A stretch of 64,000 bases of DNA, from NCBI GenBank assembly GCA_963662655.2, contig CAXXTU010000002.1, positions 1,248,001 to 1,312,000 on the forward strand. Direction: 5' to 3'. The translations under genes and the position numbers were made by a program. How positions within the stretch are numbered: the stretch's first letter is position 1; each line of letters starts with the position of its first letter. Source of the DNA: Candidatus Cloacimonadales bacterium. GTDB lineage: Bacteria > Cloacimonadota > Cloacimonadia > Cloacimonadales > JAIOQZ01. Below are positions 53,616 through 62,423 of the stretch, piece after piece. A model generated the notes under the pieces. That model did no database searches, was not told the DNA's origin, and saw only the letters and a list, made by a program, of their open reading frames with translations.

Positions 53616-54347
53616 ATGACAAACTATGATCAAGAACAACTGAAGAAATATCTGGAGATGGACGAAGTTGATTTATTTGAAAACTTAGCAACAGAATTGA
53701 TGAATACTGATGTTTCTCTGAATGATACGTATGAATCATCCAGAGAGTCATTTGGAGATTCTACAGATTTTGATTTATTTCTCGATAAGCTGAATGATGA
53801 TCAGGATTGGGATAATGATTATAGTGATGATCCTGATTCTCTTCATTATAAACTACCGATGGATTCTGATGCTGATTTCCTTCCCCATGAAGGTCATGCA
53901 GCAGGAGTAGGCAATATCGCTATCTCCTGGTTCGAGCGCAACATGATCCTGTTCTACGGCCTGCTTTGCGTTGAGAACAAGCTGCGGGAGAGGCTCAACG
54001 AATCCGCGCTATCGGACAAGCTCACACTCGGCACGGCAATCCTGGATATCATCGCATCGGTTTCATGGGGAATTCCACCGTTTGCCGTTACGGCTCTCTT
54101 GGTGAAGGTTGGCGTGAATCAACTGTGTAAGTGCAATCATGAATTGGACGCGGATTATGTGAGTGGACAAGTGGAGAAGGCTTCCGCCTATATCTCGACA
54201 ATCAGAAAGGAAAGAACAGGGGAAAATCTAAGCGAAAACGATGCGAAGAAAATCCGTATCCTCAAGGCCGTAATCCAGTCACGCTACGAGGAGCGCCACA
54301 TGGAAATCCTTGAACGATTCGAGGTGGAAATCCCACCGTACGAATAA
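53616..54347 (+). CDS. Hypothetical protein with an acidic N-terminus
   Basis: AAGGAG SD, upstream TTGACA, 243-aa ORF; no recognisable family. Confidence 0.65.
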   Translation: MTNYDQEQLKKYLEMDEVDLFENLATELMNTDVSLNDTYESSRESFGDSTDFDLFLDKLNDDQDWDNDYSDDPDSLHYKLPMDSDADFLPHEGHAAGVGNIAISWFERNMILFYGLLCVENKLRERLNESALSDKLTLGTAILDIIASVSWGIPPFAVTALLVKVGVNQLCKCNHELDADYVSGQVEKASAYISTIRKERTGENLSENDAKKIRILKAVIQSRYEERHMEILERFEVEIPPYE

Positions 54348-54351
54348 ACTG

Positions 54352-54840
54352 CTAACCGATATCGATGTCTTTTCTCTGGAGCACGTAGATGATCTCGCCG
54401 TACTTGTTTTCCTTAGCCTGATCCGCGAAGCCCATGCTCTTGTACAGGTTTTGAGCGATTACGTTTTCCTTCTCGACGGTCAGGCTAATCATTTCGCACG
54501 CAGGGTGCTGCCGTAAAACAAACTCGAGCATCTTCGCCATCGCTGCTTTTCCGTATCCCCTATGCTGATATTTCATGTCGATCAGGAACCCTCCGATCCA
54601 GTAGTTGTCCTTGCTTCCGGGAGTATAGGACAAGTAGAAGAGCCCGATTGGAATACCCTCCATGTAGATCGCATAAGGATCGACGGCTTCATCCCAAGGC
54701 CTGATGTATGCCACGGCCAGAGATTCGGCAGGGGAAGGTACGAATTCCCTCTGCTCCGGCTTGACCTGAAGATCGAGCACAGCTTCCCAGTTTTCTCGCG
54801 TTATCGCTACGATTCGAATCGAATCAGAAATTCCATCCAT
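54352..54840 (-). CDS. GNAT-family N-acetyltransferase
   Basis: FLID.KYQHRGYGKAA, N..A.NLY.S.GF. Confidence 0.9.
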   Translation of the reverse strand: MDGISDSIRIVAITRENWEAVLDLQVKPEQREFVPSPAESLAVAYIRPWDEAVDPYAIYMEGIPIGLFYLSYTPGSKDNYWIGGFLIDMKYQHRGYGKAAMAKMLEFVLRQHPACEMISLTVEKENVIAQNLYKSMGFADQAKENKYGEIIYVLQRKDIDIG

Positions 54841-54861
54841 ACGCTTTGGCCTCGTTTCCCT

Positions 54862-54896
54862 GAAAAAAAAACGAGGACTGTTTCCAGTCCTCGTTT
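54862..54896 (-). terminator. Intrinsic terminator after pilin-like gene 1
   Basis: AAACGAGGACTG-gaaa-CAGTCCTCGTTT followed by a T-run on the minus strand. Confidence 0.85.
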
Positions 54897-54913
54897 AAGC
54901 ATTCTCATTTCGA

Positions 54914-55315
54914 CTAATAAGCTGCCTGCTGCGTTGTCTCGAATGTGTTGTTACCACTTGCATCGATGGTGCACTGAACAACCCACGGAGTTGCGCCTTG
55001 CTTGCCTGTTGCTTGAAGAACAACTTCGTCCGCTTCATTAGAGATGAGTGTGTAAGTCGCGTTGTCGTTATCAAGCGCTTCGGCTGTACCGAGGTCTGCT
55101 TCTTCGAGATCTTCATAAGATCCGCCACCACCGTCCATGCCGGTAGGGGTGATTCTGAATTTGTAAACTTTTGCCGAAAGGTTTGTAAGGTCAGCAATGA
55201 TAGCATCTTTGTTCGAATTCAGAGCGTGATCTCTGAACATTGTAATACCGACTGCCACAGCGACACCGACGAGGATAACGCTAAGCACGATGAGCAGAAT
55301 TTGTTGTTGTCCCAT
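54914..55315 (-). CDS. MGQQQ-type pilin-like protein 1 (133 aa)
   Basis: AAGGAG SD before MGQQQILLIVLSVILVGVAVAVGITMF; hydrophobic helix, amphipathic helix, then a small beta-rich head. Confidence 0.75.
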   Translation of the reverse strand: MGQQQILLIVLSVILVGVAVAVGITMFRDHALNSNKDAIIADLTNLSAKVYKFRITPTGMDGGGGSYEDLEEADLGTAEALDNDNATYTLISNEADEVVLQATGKQGATPWVVQCTIDASGNNTFETTQQAAY

Positions 55316-55351
55316 TGTAGTCTCCTTGTTTTTGGATTTGCTATTAACATT

Positions 55352-55368
55352 TGCAATGCCTGTGCCAA
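55352..55368 (-). promoter_or_regulatory. Sigma54 (-24/-12) promoter of pilin-like gene 1
   Basis: TTGGCAC-AGGCA-TTGCA, an exact RpoN consensus. Confidence 0.75.
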
Positions 55369-55545
55369 ACATGAGCACAGAATACCATATCTACCTGTTT
55401 ACCTTGTGATTACAAGCAGTCCCGGGCTGTTTCCTTTAATGTTTCCTTTCCACGATGCATCCCGATTCTTCTCAAATCGAGTACAATCTGTCAGAAATAT
55501 CTTACAGGCCGTACATTAATTATTACACATATTCGCTGTCAATGA

Positions 55546-55947
55546 TCAGTATCTGGCTTCTTGCGTTGTCACGATCGTTTTGTGGCCGCCGCTATCCACC
55601 GTGCATTGAAGAATCCAGGGCGTAGAGCCCATTTTACCGGTCCCCTGGATGATCACCTCGTCCGCTTCGACAGAAACCAGTTCGTAGGTACCATGTTCGT
55701 TGTCCAGCATGTCGGGAATACCGAGATCGGACTCCGTCATATTTGCGTAAGACCCGCTTCCCCCGCCCATTACGATCGTCATCATGCGATACTTGAACGC
55801 TCGTTCGGCAAACCATATCAAATCAGAACGGATGTCATCCTGATTCCCGTCCAAAGCCTGATCACGAAAGAGCTGAGCTCCCACGCCAACTGCCACGGCG
55901 ATCAGAATCACCCCTATAACAATCAGTAATATTTGCTGTTGTCCCAT
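55546..55947 (-). CDS. MGQQQ-type pilin-like protein 2 (133 aa), paralogue of 54914-55315
   Basis: Same N-terminus and collinear head (GGG.GSY, DLG....LDN, ADEV..Q.TGK.G.TPW..QCT.D..G). Confidence 0.75.
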   Translation of the reverse strand: MGQQQILLIVIGVILIAVAVGVGAQLFRDQALDGNQDDIRSDLIWFAERAFKYRMMTIVMGGGSGSYANMTESDLGIPDMLDNEHGTYELVSVEADEVIIQGTGKMGSTPWILQCTVDSGGHKTIVTTQEARY

Positions 55948-55982
55948 GTAGCACCTTCAATACATTGAATTATTGTTTCAAA

Positions 55983-55999
55983 TGCAATAACGCGTCCAA
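55983..55999 (-). promoter_or_regulatory. Sigma54-type promoter of pilin-like gene 2
   Basis: TTGG-ACGCGTTATT-GCA: GG-N10-GC spacing at nearly the same distance from the ATG as in gene 1. Confidence 0.6.
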
Positions 56000-56111
56000 T
56001 CGTAAGCCAGCGCGGTAAAGAAAGAATCTGATTGACAATTCACAAGCTCGTCGCAGTTTATCGGCATCCTGGGAGTAACTTCCGGGAAAACTATTTTCTA
56101 AGGGGTGAACT

Positions 56112-57329
56112 ATGGACTATGCATCCATTGCCTTTATGTTATTGGCAACAAGCCTTGTAATGCTCATGACACCTGGTCTTGCCTTTTTCTACGGTGGATT
56201 GGCACACAAGCGCAACATTCTGGGAATTATGATCCAGAGCTTCGTTTCTCTGGGTATCACCACGATCCTCTGGTTCGCAATCGGTTATTCGTTGTGTTTC
56301 AGCGGAGACGGTGCGATCATCGGAAATTTTGACAAAGCCTTCCTGAGCGGAGTCACGATTCACGATACCTTCAACCCGCCGAACGGACACATTCCCGAGT
56401 TCCTGTTTTTCGCTTATCAGATGATGTTCGCGATTATCACACCTGCCCTCATCACGGGCGCGTTTGTCAATCGTGTGTCATTTAAAGCTTATCTCATCTT
56501 CCTCTGTCTCTGGCAGATATTCGTCTACTATCCCTTTGTACACATGGTATGGGGCGGTGGTATTCTTGCACAGTGGGGTGTCCTCGACTTCGCAGGCGGT
56601 ATTGTCGTTCACGCGACCGCCGGCTTCGCCGCACTCGCTTCCGTGATTTACGTTGGATCGAGAAAAGAACAGAGTTCAACGCCAAACAGCATTCCGCTCG
56701 TCGCAATCGGCACCGGCCTGCTGTGGTTCGGATGGTACGGCTTCAATGCCGGTAGCGAGCTGGCTGTTGACGAGATCACCGTTCAAGCATTCGTCAATAC
56801 CGACATCGCGGCTTCATTCGCCACGGTTACCTGGCTCTTCATCGAATGGTTCCACGCTCGCAAACCGAAACTCGTCGGCCTGCTTACGGGCGCTGTTGCC
56901 GGCTTGGCCACGATCACACCGGCTGCCGGATTCGTTCCGGTTTGGGCCGCAGCAATCATCGGTGTCGTTGCAAGTCTCGGCTGCTACTTCGCCGTTCAGC
57001 TCAAGAACAAGCTCGGATGGGACGACGCCCTCGACGTCTGGGGCGTTCACGGTATCGGTGGAGTCATCGGAACCATCATGCTGGGCGTTTTCGCCTCCAC
57101 GGCTGTCAATTCCGCCGGCGTTGACGGACTCATCTACGGTGGTAGCGGCTTCTTCGTGAAGCAGGTTGTAGCCGTCATCGGTTCCAGTCTCTACGCCTTC
57201 ATCTTCACCTACGTCATGCTGATCGTTATCAACAAGATCACACGCGTTCGCGTCTCCGAAGAAGAGGAACTCAAGGGCCTCGACGCTGCACTGCACGAGG
57301 AAGTCGCATACCAGGAAGGCGTTCTGTAA
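56112..57329 (+). CDS. amtB: Ammonium transporter
   Basis: MTPGLAFFYGG, FAIITPAL, DFAGG.VVH, LWFGWYGFNAGS, DDALDV.GVHG. Confidence 0.97.
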   Translation: MDYASIAFMLLATSLVMLMTPGLAFFYGGLAHKRNILGIMIQSFVSLGITTILWFAIGYSLCFSGDGAIIGNFDKAFLSGVTIHDTFNPPNGHIPEFLFFAYQMMFAIITPALITGAFVNRVSFKAYLIFLCLWQIFVYYPFVHMVWGGGILAQWGVLDFAGGIVVHATAGFAALASVIYVGSRKEQSSTPNSIPLVAIGTGLLWFGWYGFNAGSELAVDEITVQAFVNTDIAASFATVTWLFIEWFHARKPKLVGLLTGAVAGLATITPAAGFVPVWAAAIIGVVASLGCYFAVQLKNKLGWDDALDVWGVHGIGGVIGTIMLGVFASTAVNSAGVDGLIYGGSGFFVKQVVAVIGSSLYAFIFTYVMLIVINKITRVRVSEEEELKGLDAALHEEVAYQEGVL

Positions 57330-57350
57330 ATTAAACAGCTATTCATTTGA

Positions 57351-57372
57351 AAGGGCGAATCAATTCGCCCTT
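57351..57372 (+). terminator. Intrinsic terminator
   Basis: AAGGGCGAAT-ca-ATTCGCCCTT stem after amtB. Confidence 0.65.
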
Positions 57373-57636
57373 TGCTTATTCCGGAATTGCCCGACGAAGC
57401 AACGGAATACGTACAATTGCAAGTGCCAGAACGAACTCGAAAAGGTGGAAGGCTATATGAACGACCTGAAAACCGCGAAAGGAAACATCACCCAAGGCCT
57501 TAAGGATTGCGGATATAAGAAGAAGGTGAAGAAGTAGAATGCTAAGCAATATGTGATTTTAAAGATCATCATAATCTTGACACTCACATAGAATTGCACT
57601 CCTTTTGTTTCATTGGTAGACATAAGGAGCCTTAGC

Positions 57637-58248
57637 GTGAGGAAGTTTATTTTTTCATGCATTCTATTGTGCGTTGTTGGGGCCGTTCTGGCGGAAGAAG
57701 TAACCATTCGTACCAAGGACAACCAGACTCTCGAGGGAATCATTGTTGGGAAGCAAGGTGATACCCTTTATCTGGCAACGAAAGACCGTACCATTTCAAT
57801 CGGCAAAGAAAGTATCCGCGAGATCGTTCGTGACAATCGAGCCATCACAAGAGGCGTGTTCCGGCAGAACGATTTCATGTACGCTACTGAAGACGAAATT
57901 ACGGACTATGAATCGGTCATACTGCCTGAAAAGAATGCAATTGAGAGCAATATCCAAGATTATCGGGCATCACAGACTCACAGTCGCACCTATTTAATAC
58001 CCGTCAGCCTGCTGAGCGCAGCGCTCGCCATTGACTATTTCTGTGACGCCGGTGAAATGGATGACGAGATTGGAACCGCGCGAGGCGATGAGCGTAAGAA
58101 GCTTGTTAAAATGCGCACGCGCAAATATATCATGGGGGGATTGTGTACCCTCGTGGCAATCATCAATTCAGCCATTGCGCTTGATGAGGAACCCGTAAAA
58201 GTCTACACGGACGGTCAACATCTGGGATTATCGATAACGTACTTATAA
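57637..58248 (+). CDS. Hypothetical exported/membrane protein
   Basis: AAGGAG SD before GTG at 57637, signal peptide, two hydrophobic segments; the stop codon overlaps the Mu-like end copy. Confidence 0.65.
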   Translation: MRKFIFSCILLCVVGAVLAEEVTIRTKDNQTLEGIIVGKQGDTLYLATKDRTISIGKESIREIVRDNRAITRGVFRQNDFMYATEDEITDYESVILPEKNAIESNIQDYRASQTHSRTYLIPVSLLSAALAIDYFCDAGEMDDEIGTARGDERKKLVKMRTRKYIMGGLCTLVAIINSAIALDEEPVKVYTDGQHLGLSITYL

Positions 58249-58461
58249 AGTTGCAGAGAAAATTCTAAACGAAAACAGTGAGGAAAAACGCCCCTAAACC
58301 GCTTGTGGTGAGGCTTTAAGGGTGTGTGTAACGAAACCGAACAGTTTTGAAAATGGCGTCTTTTCGCTTCCATTTGTTTCACAGGTTTTCCAAATACTTC
58401 CGCAATCGCGTAAATGACTGCAATATATGACAAACAAGCCGTGTTGCAAGTAGTTTTGAAA
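58244..58461 (+). repeat. Putative Mu-like left end, copy 1 (relic)
   Basis: Direct repeat of 59332-59550 (offset 1,088 bp) with GTTGCA-N5-WWTTSNAAA-type sites. Confidence 0.8.
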
Positions 58462-58520
58462 AGAGACAAGGAGATGATGGAACACACTCAATATTCTACT
58501 ACTGAGTGCGTCAGGCAATA

Positions 58521-59069
58521 TTATCGAGTATTTTCCTCTTCATCATCAAACATAAAATGCTTAGCCCTAGTGATGATGTCATTCAGAGTATGAATTCTTT
58601 GGTGAATATCCATTGTGTCAATCCCCGAAAATTGAATACAAATGGTCTTGTGGACTATTGAGGCTTCCTTTAAATCGATTGGCATATCGAATAATAGATT
58701 CATTGTAAAAACCGTTACAGCGTTTGGGTCAGAATTGTCCGTATCATGGCGATTTATTTGTACTTCCTTTATATCTCGCAGGAAGTGCCATGTCATTTTG
58801 AAGTCAGTATAGTTATCACACTGTACATCCTCAACCAACACTTCGACAAGCCAGAGCTCAGTAACATAGAAAAAAAACGGTAGATTGATCCTATGGTCAA
58901 CAATGATCAGCTCTTTGGGGTTGTAGCCAATCAACTTGGACGCAGCCTCTAACATCATCTTCTTATGTAACTTAATATCAATCTTTTTCCCCTCATCCTT
59001 TACTTGGGTTGTTTGAAGAAATCTCTTAACACAGGGTAGGTCCTCAAAGTACATTTCCGATTCTTTCAT
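58521..59069 (-). CDS. Hypothetical low-GC cargo protein within the prophage relic
   Basis: 182-aa ORF with GAGGAG SD, between end copy 1 and the repressor fragment. Confidence 0.65.
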   Translation of the reverse strand: MKESEMYFEDLPCVKRFLQTTQVKDEGKKIDIKLHKKMMLEAASKLIGYNPKELIIVDHRINLPFFFYVTELWLVEVLVEDVQCDNYTDFKMTWHFLRDIKEVQINRHDTDNSDPNAVTVFTMNLLFDMPIDLKEASIVHKTICIQFSGIDTMDIHQRIHTLNDIITRAKHFMFDDEEENTR

Positions 59070-59099
59070 ATAATCTCCTCGTTAGTTAGTGGTTACTTC

Positions 59100-59260
59100 T
59101 CAATATATCCGGATCACCGCTTCCAACACACCCACCAGGAAGACGTCCTGGTACTTGTCCTGGTGAACGACAATCGTCTTGAACTTATGGTTGTATGGAT
59201 GCAGACAAATCACATCTGACCCAAACTCCTTAAAAATCTTTTCGGTTGCATCACGCCATT
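59100..59260 (-). pseudogene. 3' fragment of a second S24 repressor gene
   Basis: DVICLHPYNHKFKTIVVHQDKYQDVFLVGVLEAVIR matches EVIFLHPYNHKFKTIVIQGDRYQDVFLVGIMEALIR of 59639-60373. Confidence 0.85.
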
Positions 59261-59331
59261 TGACTACATGACACATCAACAATTATATGAGTTATATCAC
59301 GGCATAATTTGTCAACAAAAAACAATTGATA

Positions 59332-59577
59332 TATAAAGTTGCAGAGAAAATTCTAAATGAAAACAGTGAGGAAAAACGCCCCTAAACCGCTTGTGGTGAG
59401 GCTTTGGGGGCATGTGTAACGAAACCGGACAGTTTTCTAAATGGCGTCATTTCGCTTCCATTTATTGCACAAGTTTTCCAAATACTTCCGCAATCTCGTA
59501 AACCACTGAAATACAACACAAACATGCTATGTTGCAAGTAGATTTCTAAATAACCCTGTTGCAAGTGGTTTTCCAAA
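59332..59577 (+). repeat. Putative Mu-like left end, copy 2
   Basis: Repeated sites at 59338-59357, 59464-59482, 59531-59550 and 59558-59577. Confidence 0.8.
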
Positions 59578-59638
59578 TAGAAACGCCCAGGCAATCAACC
59601 TGATCGGCATGCGGCTATAAAAAATGTGGGACTCACAT

Positions 59639-60373
59639 CTAGCGGTCGAACGTCCTGATCAGCGCTTCCATAATGCCAACCAGGAAGACGTCCTGATACC
59701 TGTCCCCTTGAATGACGATCGTCTTGAATTTATGGTTGTATGGATGCAGGAATATCACCTCTGATTCGGGCTCGATCTGTACTTCCTTCAAGGTAATTTC
59801 GCCATCCACACGTACAGCACACACCTTGCCTTCGGCTGCATCCCAATCCCTGAAGTAGCGAATAAGCACAAGGTCGTCATTCATGATGAAAGGCTCCATA
59901 CTACGCCCCTTTACACGCAGGATACAGTATTCTGCTGGTGATCCGTGAAGCAAAATCTTGGGAATAGATACCGGTTCCGCATCAAAGTCTTCAATGCACG
60001 TGGCAGGTTCACCGGCTGCGATCTCTCCGCCCAGAGTTATAATGGAAGCCGGACTATCCAGGATTCGATTGAACATGGAAGAAACTTTGCCTGTTTGAGG
60101 ATCGTAAACGGCTTCTTTCGGAGTGTGTTTCGCAGGCACCTCTGATAGCTTCGGCTCATCCTGCTCAAACATCTCGCCCCTACCAGTTAAAAGCCAGTCG
60201 GGAGATACGTTAAGCCTCGTGACAAGCTTGTGCAGAAACGCACTTGGCGGATCAACAGAACCTTTCTCGTATCTTGAGATATTGGTTCTTGTTGTACCAA
60301 CTATTTTTGAAAAATTATCCTGAGTCATTGAGAGCTTATCTCTAATAGCTGCAAGACGTTCCGACAGTTCCAC
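59639..60373 (-). CDS. CI/LexA-like repressor (XRE HTH + S24 peptidase)
   Basis: MTQ..F...G.TRTNISRYEKG, WLLTGRGEM, IAAG cleavage site, GRSMEP (Ser) and TLK (Lys). Confidence 0.93.
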   Translation of the reverse strand: MELSERLAAIRDKLSMTQDNFSKIVGTTRTNISRYEKGSVDPPSAFLHKLVTRLNVSPDWLLTGRGEMFEQDEPKLSEVPAKHTPKEAVYDPQTGKVSSMFNRILDSPASIITLGGEIAAGEPATCIEDFDAEPVSIPKILLHGSPAEYCILRVKGRSMEPFIMNDDLVLIRYFRDWDAAEGKVCAVRVDGEITLKEVQIEPESEVIFLHPYNHKFKTIVIQGDRYQDVFLVGIMEALIRTFDR

Positions 60374-60393
60374 TTATCACCTCAATTGTAAAA

Positions 60394-60440
60394 GTGCAAA
60401 TATGCACATTTTTATCTTGACTTCCTGTGCATATTTGCAC
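60394..60440. promoter_or_regulatory. Two palindromic operators between the divergent repressor and early genes
   Basis: GTGCAAATATGCAC (60394-60407) and its exact reverse complement GTGCATATTTGCAC (60427-60440) flank TTGACT. Confidence 0.75.
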
Positions 60441-60485
60441 AATCCGTCTATATAATCAGATTGATTTATCAAAGTGAGGTGGCAA

Positions 60486-60737
60486 ATGTCAAGAACAATC
60501 GAAAACGGAACCCTGAGCCGCAAAGTCGTTAAAGCGTTTGTAACGCTCTATTTCGGGGATTACAAGACCTTCTGTGAAAGGTACAACATCAGGCAGACCT
60601 CATTCAATACATGGATGCAGGGCGTTGAGACCATGCCCAAAATAAACAAGAAAGTCGTAAAGGCAATGAACGAATACCAATACCCAATCCAACACGCCTA
60701 CAACCCTGATCTGAAGCTGATGGTCGCGGGCGAATAG
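60486..60737 (+). CDS. Small Cro/Ner-like DNA-binding protein
   Basis: GAGGTG SD, divergent from the repressor, HTH-like YKTFCERYNIRQTSFNTWMQG. Confidence 0.6.
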   Translation: MSRTIENGTLSRKVVKAFVTLYFGDYKTFCERYNIRQTSFNTWMQGVETMPKINKKVVKAMNEYQYPIQHAYNPDLKLMVAGE

Positions 60738-60752
60738 CTTCAGGAGGAACAA

Positions 60753-61088
60753 ATGAAAACCTATACTACACCATTCGGAGCCATCAACGAAGGCAAAACA
60801 TACTTCGTAGATATCTACCTTTCGGACTGGCAGATAAAGACACGAGAAGAAGGTCTGTCTGTCCAGCACATCATGATCAAGGCCAAGAATGAAAAGGTCA
60901 TATATACAATTTACGCATCAGATTATGAGGTTATAAACCTAACTGAACTGACGTTCACGAACATGGTTAATCAGGCTCTGATGGTTGTAATGAGTGGCTA
61001 CGTAACTTCGTACCATCCCGAGCGTCCGGCGAGCGATATCCAGAAGCAATACACCGCCATGATGGCGAGACAACTGGGGGCGGCGTAA
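60753..61088 (+). CDS. Hypothetical phage early protein
   Basis: AGGAGG SD, 111 aa, co-oriented in the early operon. Confidence 0.7.
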   Translation: MKTYTTPFGAINEGKTYFVDIYLSDWQIKTREEGLSVQHIMIKAKNEKVIYTIYASDYEVINLTELTFTNMVNQALMVVMSGYVTSYHPERPASDIQKQYTAMMARQLGAA

Positions 61089-61111
61089 GCCGCTCCCTTT
61101 AGGAGGAACAC

Positions 61112-61858
61112 ATGAACATACAACTTATCTGCAATGTATTGAGTCCCGTTATCATAGTAGGCCTGATTGCCTGGCTATGGAATGATATGAAGACACTGAA
61201 AGCCCAGCGCGAACGCGCCAGCCAGTGGATGCAAGAAACCAATTCCCAACGCACGGCAAAGGAATCTTACAAGTACCAGCTACAAGCTGAGAAAAATAAG
61301 GTTGAGAAAGCCAAGAAAGAACGCGACAGCCTGTTTGAAACCTGCAAACAGAAAGACTTGAACCTGAACCTTGCCAACAGGAACATCGAACAACTCGAAC
61401 ATCACATCGACCAACTGCAGGAAAGCGAGCTATACCGTCAGAAGGAAGCAATCCTGAAGCAGGCTCGTCGCTGGAAAGAGCGGTGGAAATATCAGGTAGT
61501 CATCAATCAAGAGTTAAACGACCACCTGAAACGATGCCACGACCTGATTGAAGTTCTCAACATGGATGCTGATGGGTATTACAAGAGGCAATTCGAACTT
61601 TCTCGTATGGAGGCTGACCGGCTGTGGGATATGCACGATCGCACGCTTACCGACCTCGTACTTGTAAGGATGTATGCAGAAGACCTTGTGAACGCCATAC
61701 ATCGCTGTCAGTACCCGAAAGAACTCGACTTGCTCATCCAGAAGCTACTACCATACATCAACGAAGACCAGGGCATCTCGGAACTGCACGAACAGGAGAA
61801 CACCGTACCAATACACCAGACCGATCCGCCACCTGAAGGTGAGGTCGAGTCGGCATAG
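61112..61858 (+). CDS. Phage protein with an N-terminal TM helix and a coiled coil
   Basis: AGGAGG SD; hydrophobic residues 4-23 followed by a K/E/Q-rich heptad region. Confidence 0.7.
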   Translation: MNIQLICNVLSPVIIVGLIAWLWNDMKTLKAQRERASQWMQETNSQRTAKESYKYQLQAEKNKVEKAKKERDSLFETCKQKDLNLNLANRNIEQLEHHIDQLQESELYRQKEAILKQARRWKERWKYQVVINQELNDHLKRCHDLIEVLNMDADGYYKRQFELSRMEADRLWDMHDRTLTDLVLVRMYAEDLVNAIHRCQYPKELDLLIQKLLPYINEDQGISELHEQENTVPIHQTDPPPEGEVESA

Positions 61859-61932
61859 TCACCTCCTGAAGTAACGCCCTGTCGCAGGGCAGGGCGCTCT
61901 TGAGTAGGTAACTAAACAACAAGGAGATACGT

Positions 61933-62148
61933 ATGAAAGATGACAAAAAAACACCCGAAGAAGTGACAGAAGCAAGCCAAGCGCCAGGAGCGCTTGATTA
62001 CCTTTCCAGTATTGATCAGCAACTTGCTATAATCACCGAACTGTTACAGAGACCTTCGACACAATTGAATCCGATCAATGCCCACGAGCGCGATAAAGTT
62101 GTGGGGCGTGAACGGGATCTCCGACGCAATAATCACATGAAACCATAG
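61933..62148 (+). CDS. Hypothetical phage protein
   Basis: AAGGAG SD, 71 aa. Confidence 0.6.
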   Translation: MKDDKKTPEEVTEASQAPGALDYLSSIDQQLAIITELLQRPSTQLNPINAHERDKVVGRERDLRRNNHMKP

Positions 62149-62423
62149 CTACTCCTGCACCAATGCCCTGTTGGGCTGCGGTTTGGCAGGGCACTATGCA
62201 GGAGTAAGAACTATGTGGTACACAACGAAAGAAGTAGCTGAAAAGCTTGGATGTACGCCCCGGACGGTGCGGAATCGGGCAAAGAGTGGTGAATGGAAAA
62301 CCAAGCTCGAACCGAATCCCAAAGGGCAAGCCAAGTTACTGATCTTTCTCCCCGATGATAGCAGTGTCCCGTCCTAAAATAGTTGACCAGCTTTTTCGTG
62401 TTTGATTTCATTTCGATTGCTTC

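Noticed and set aside
57373..57540. Short open frame ending ...ELEKVEGYMNDLKTAKGNITQGLKDCGYKKKVKK*
   Set aside because: Possibly a gene remnant, but there is no start signal or recognisable family.
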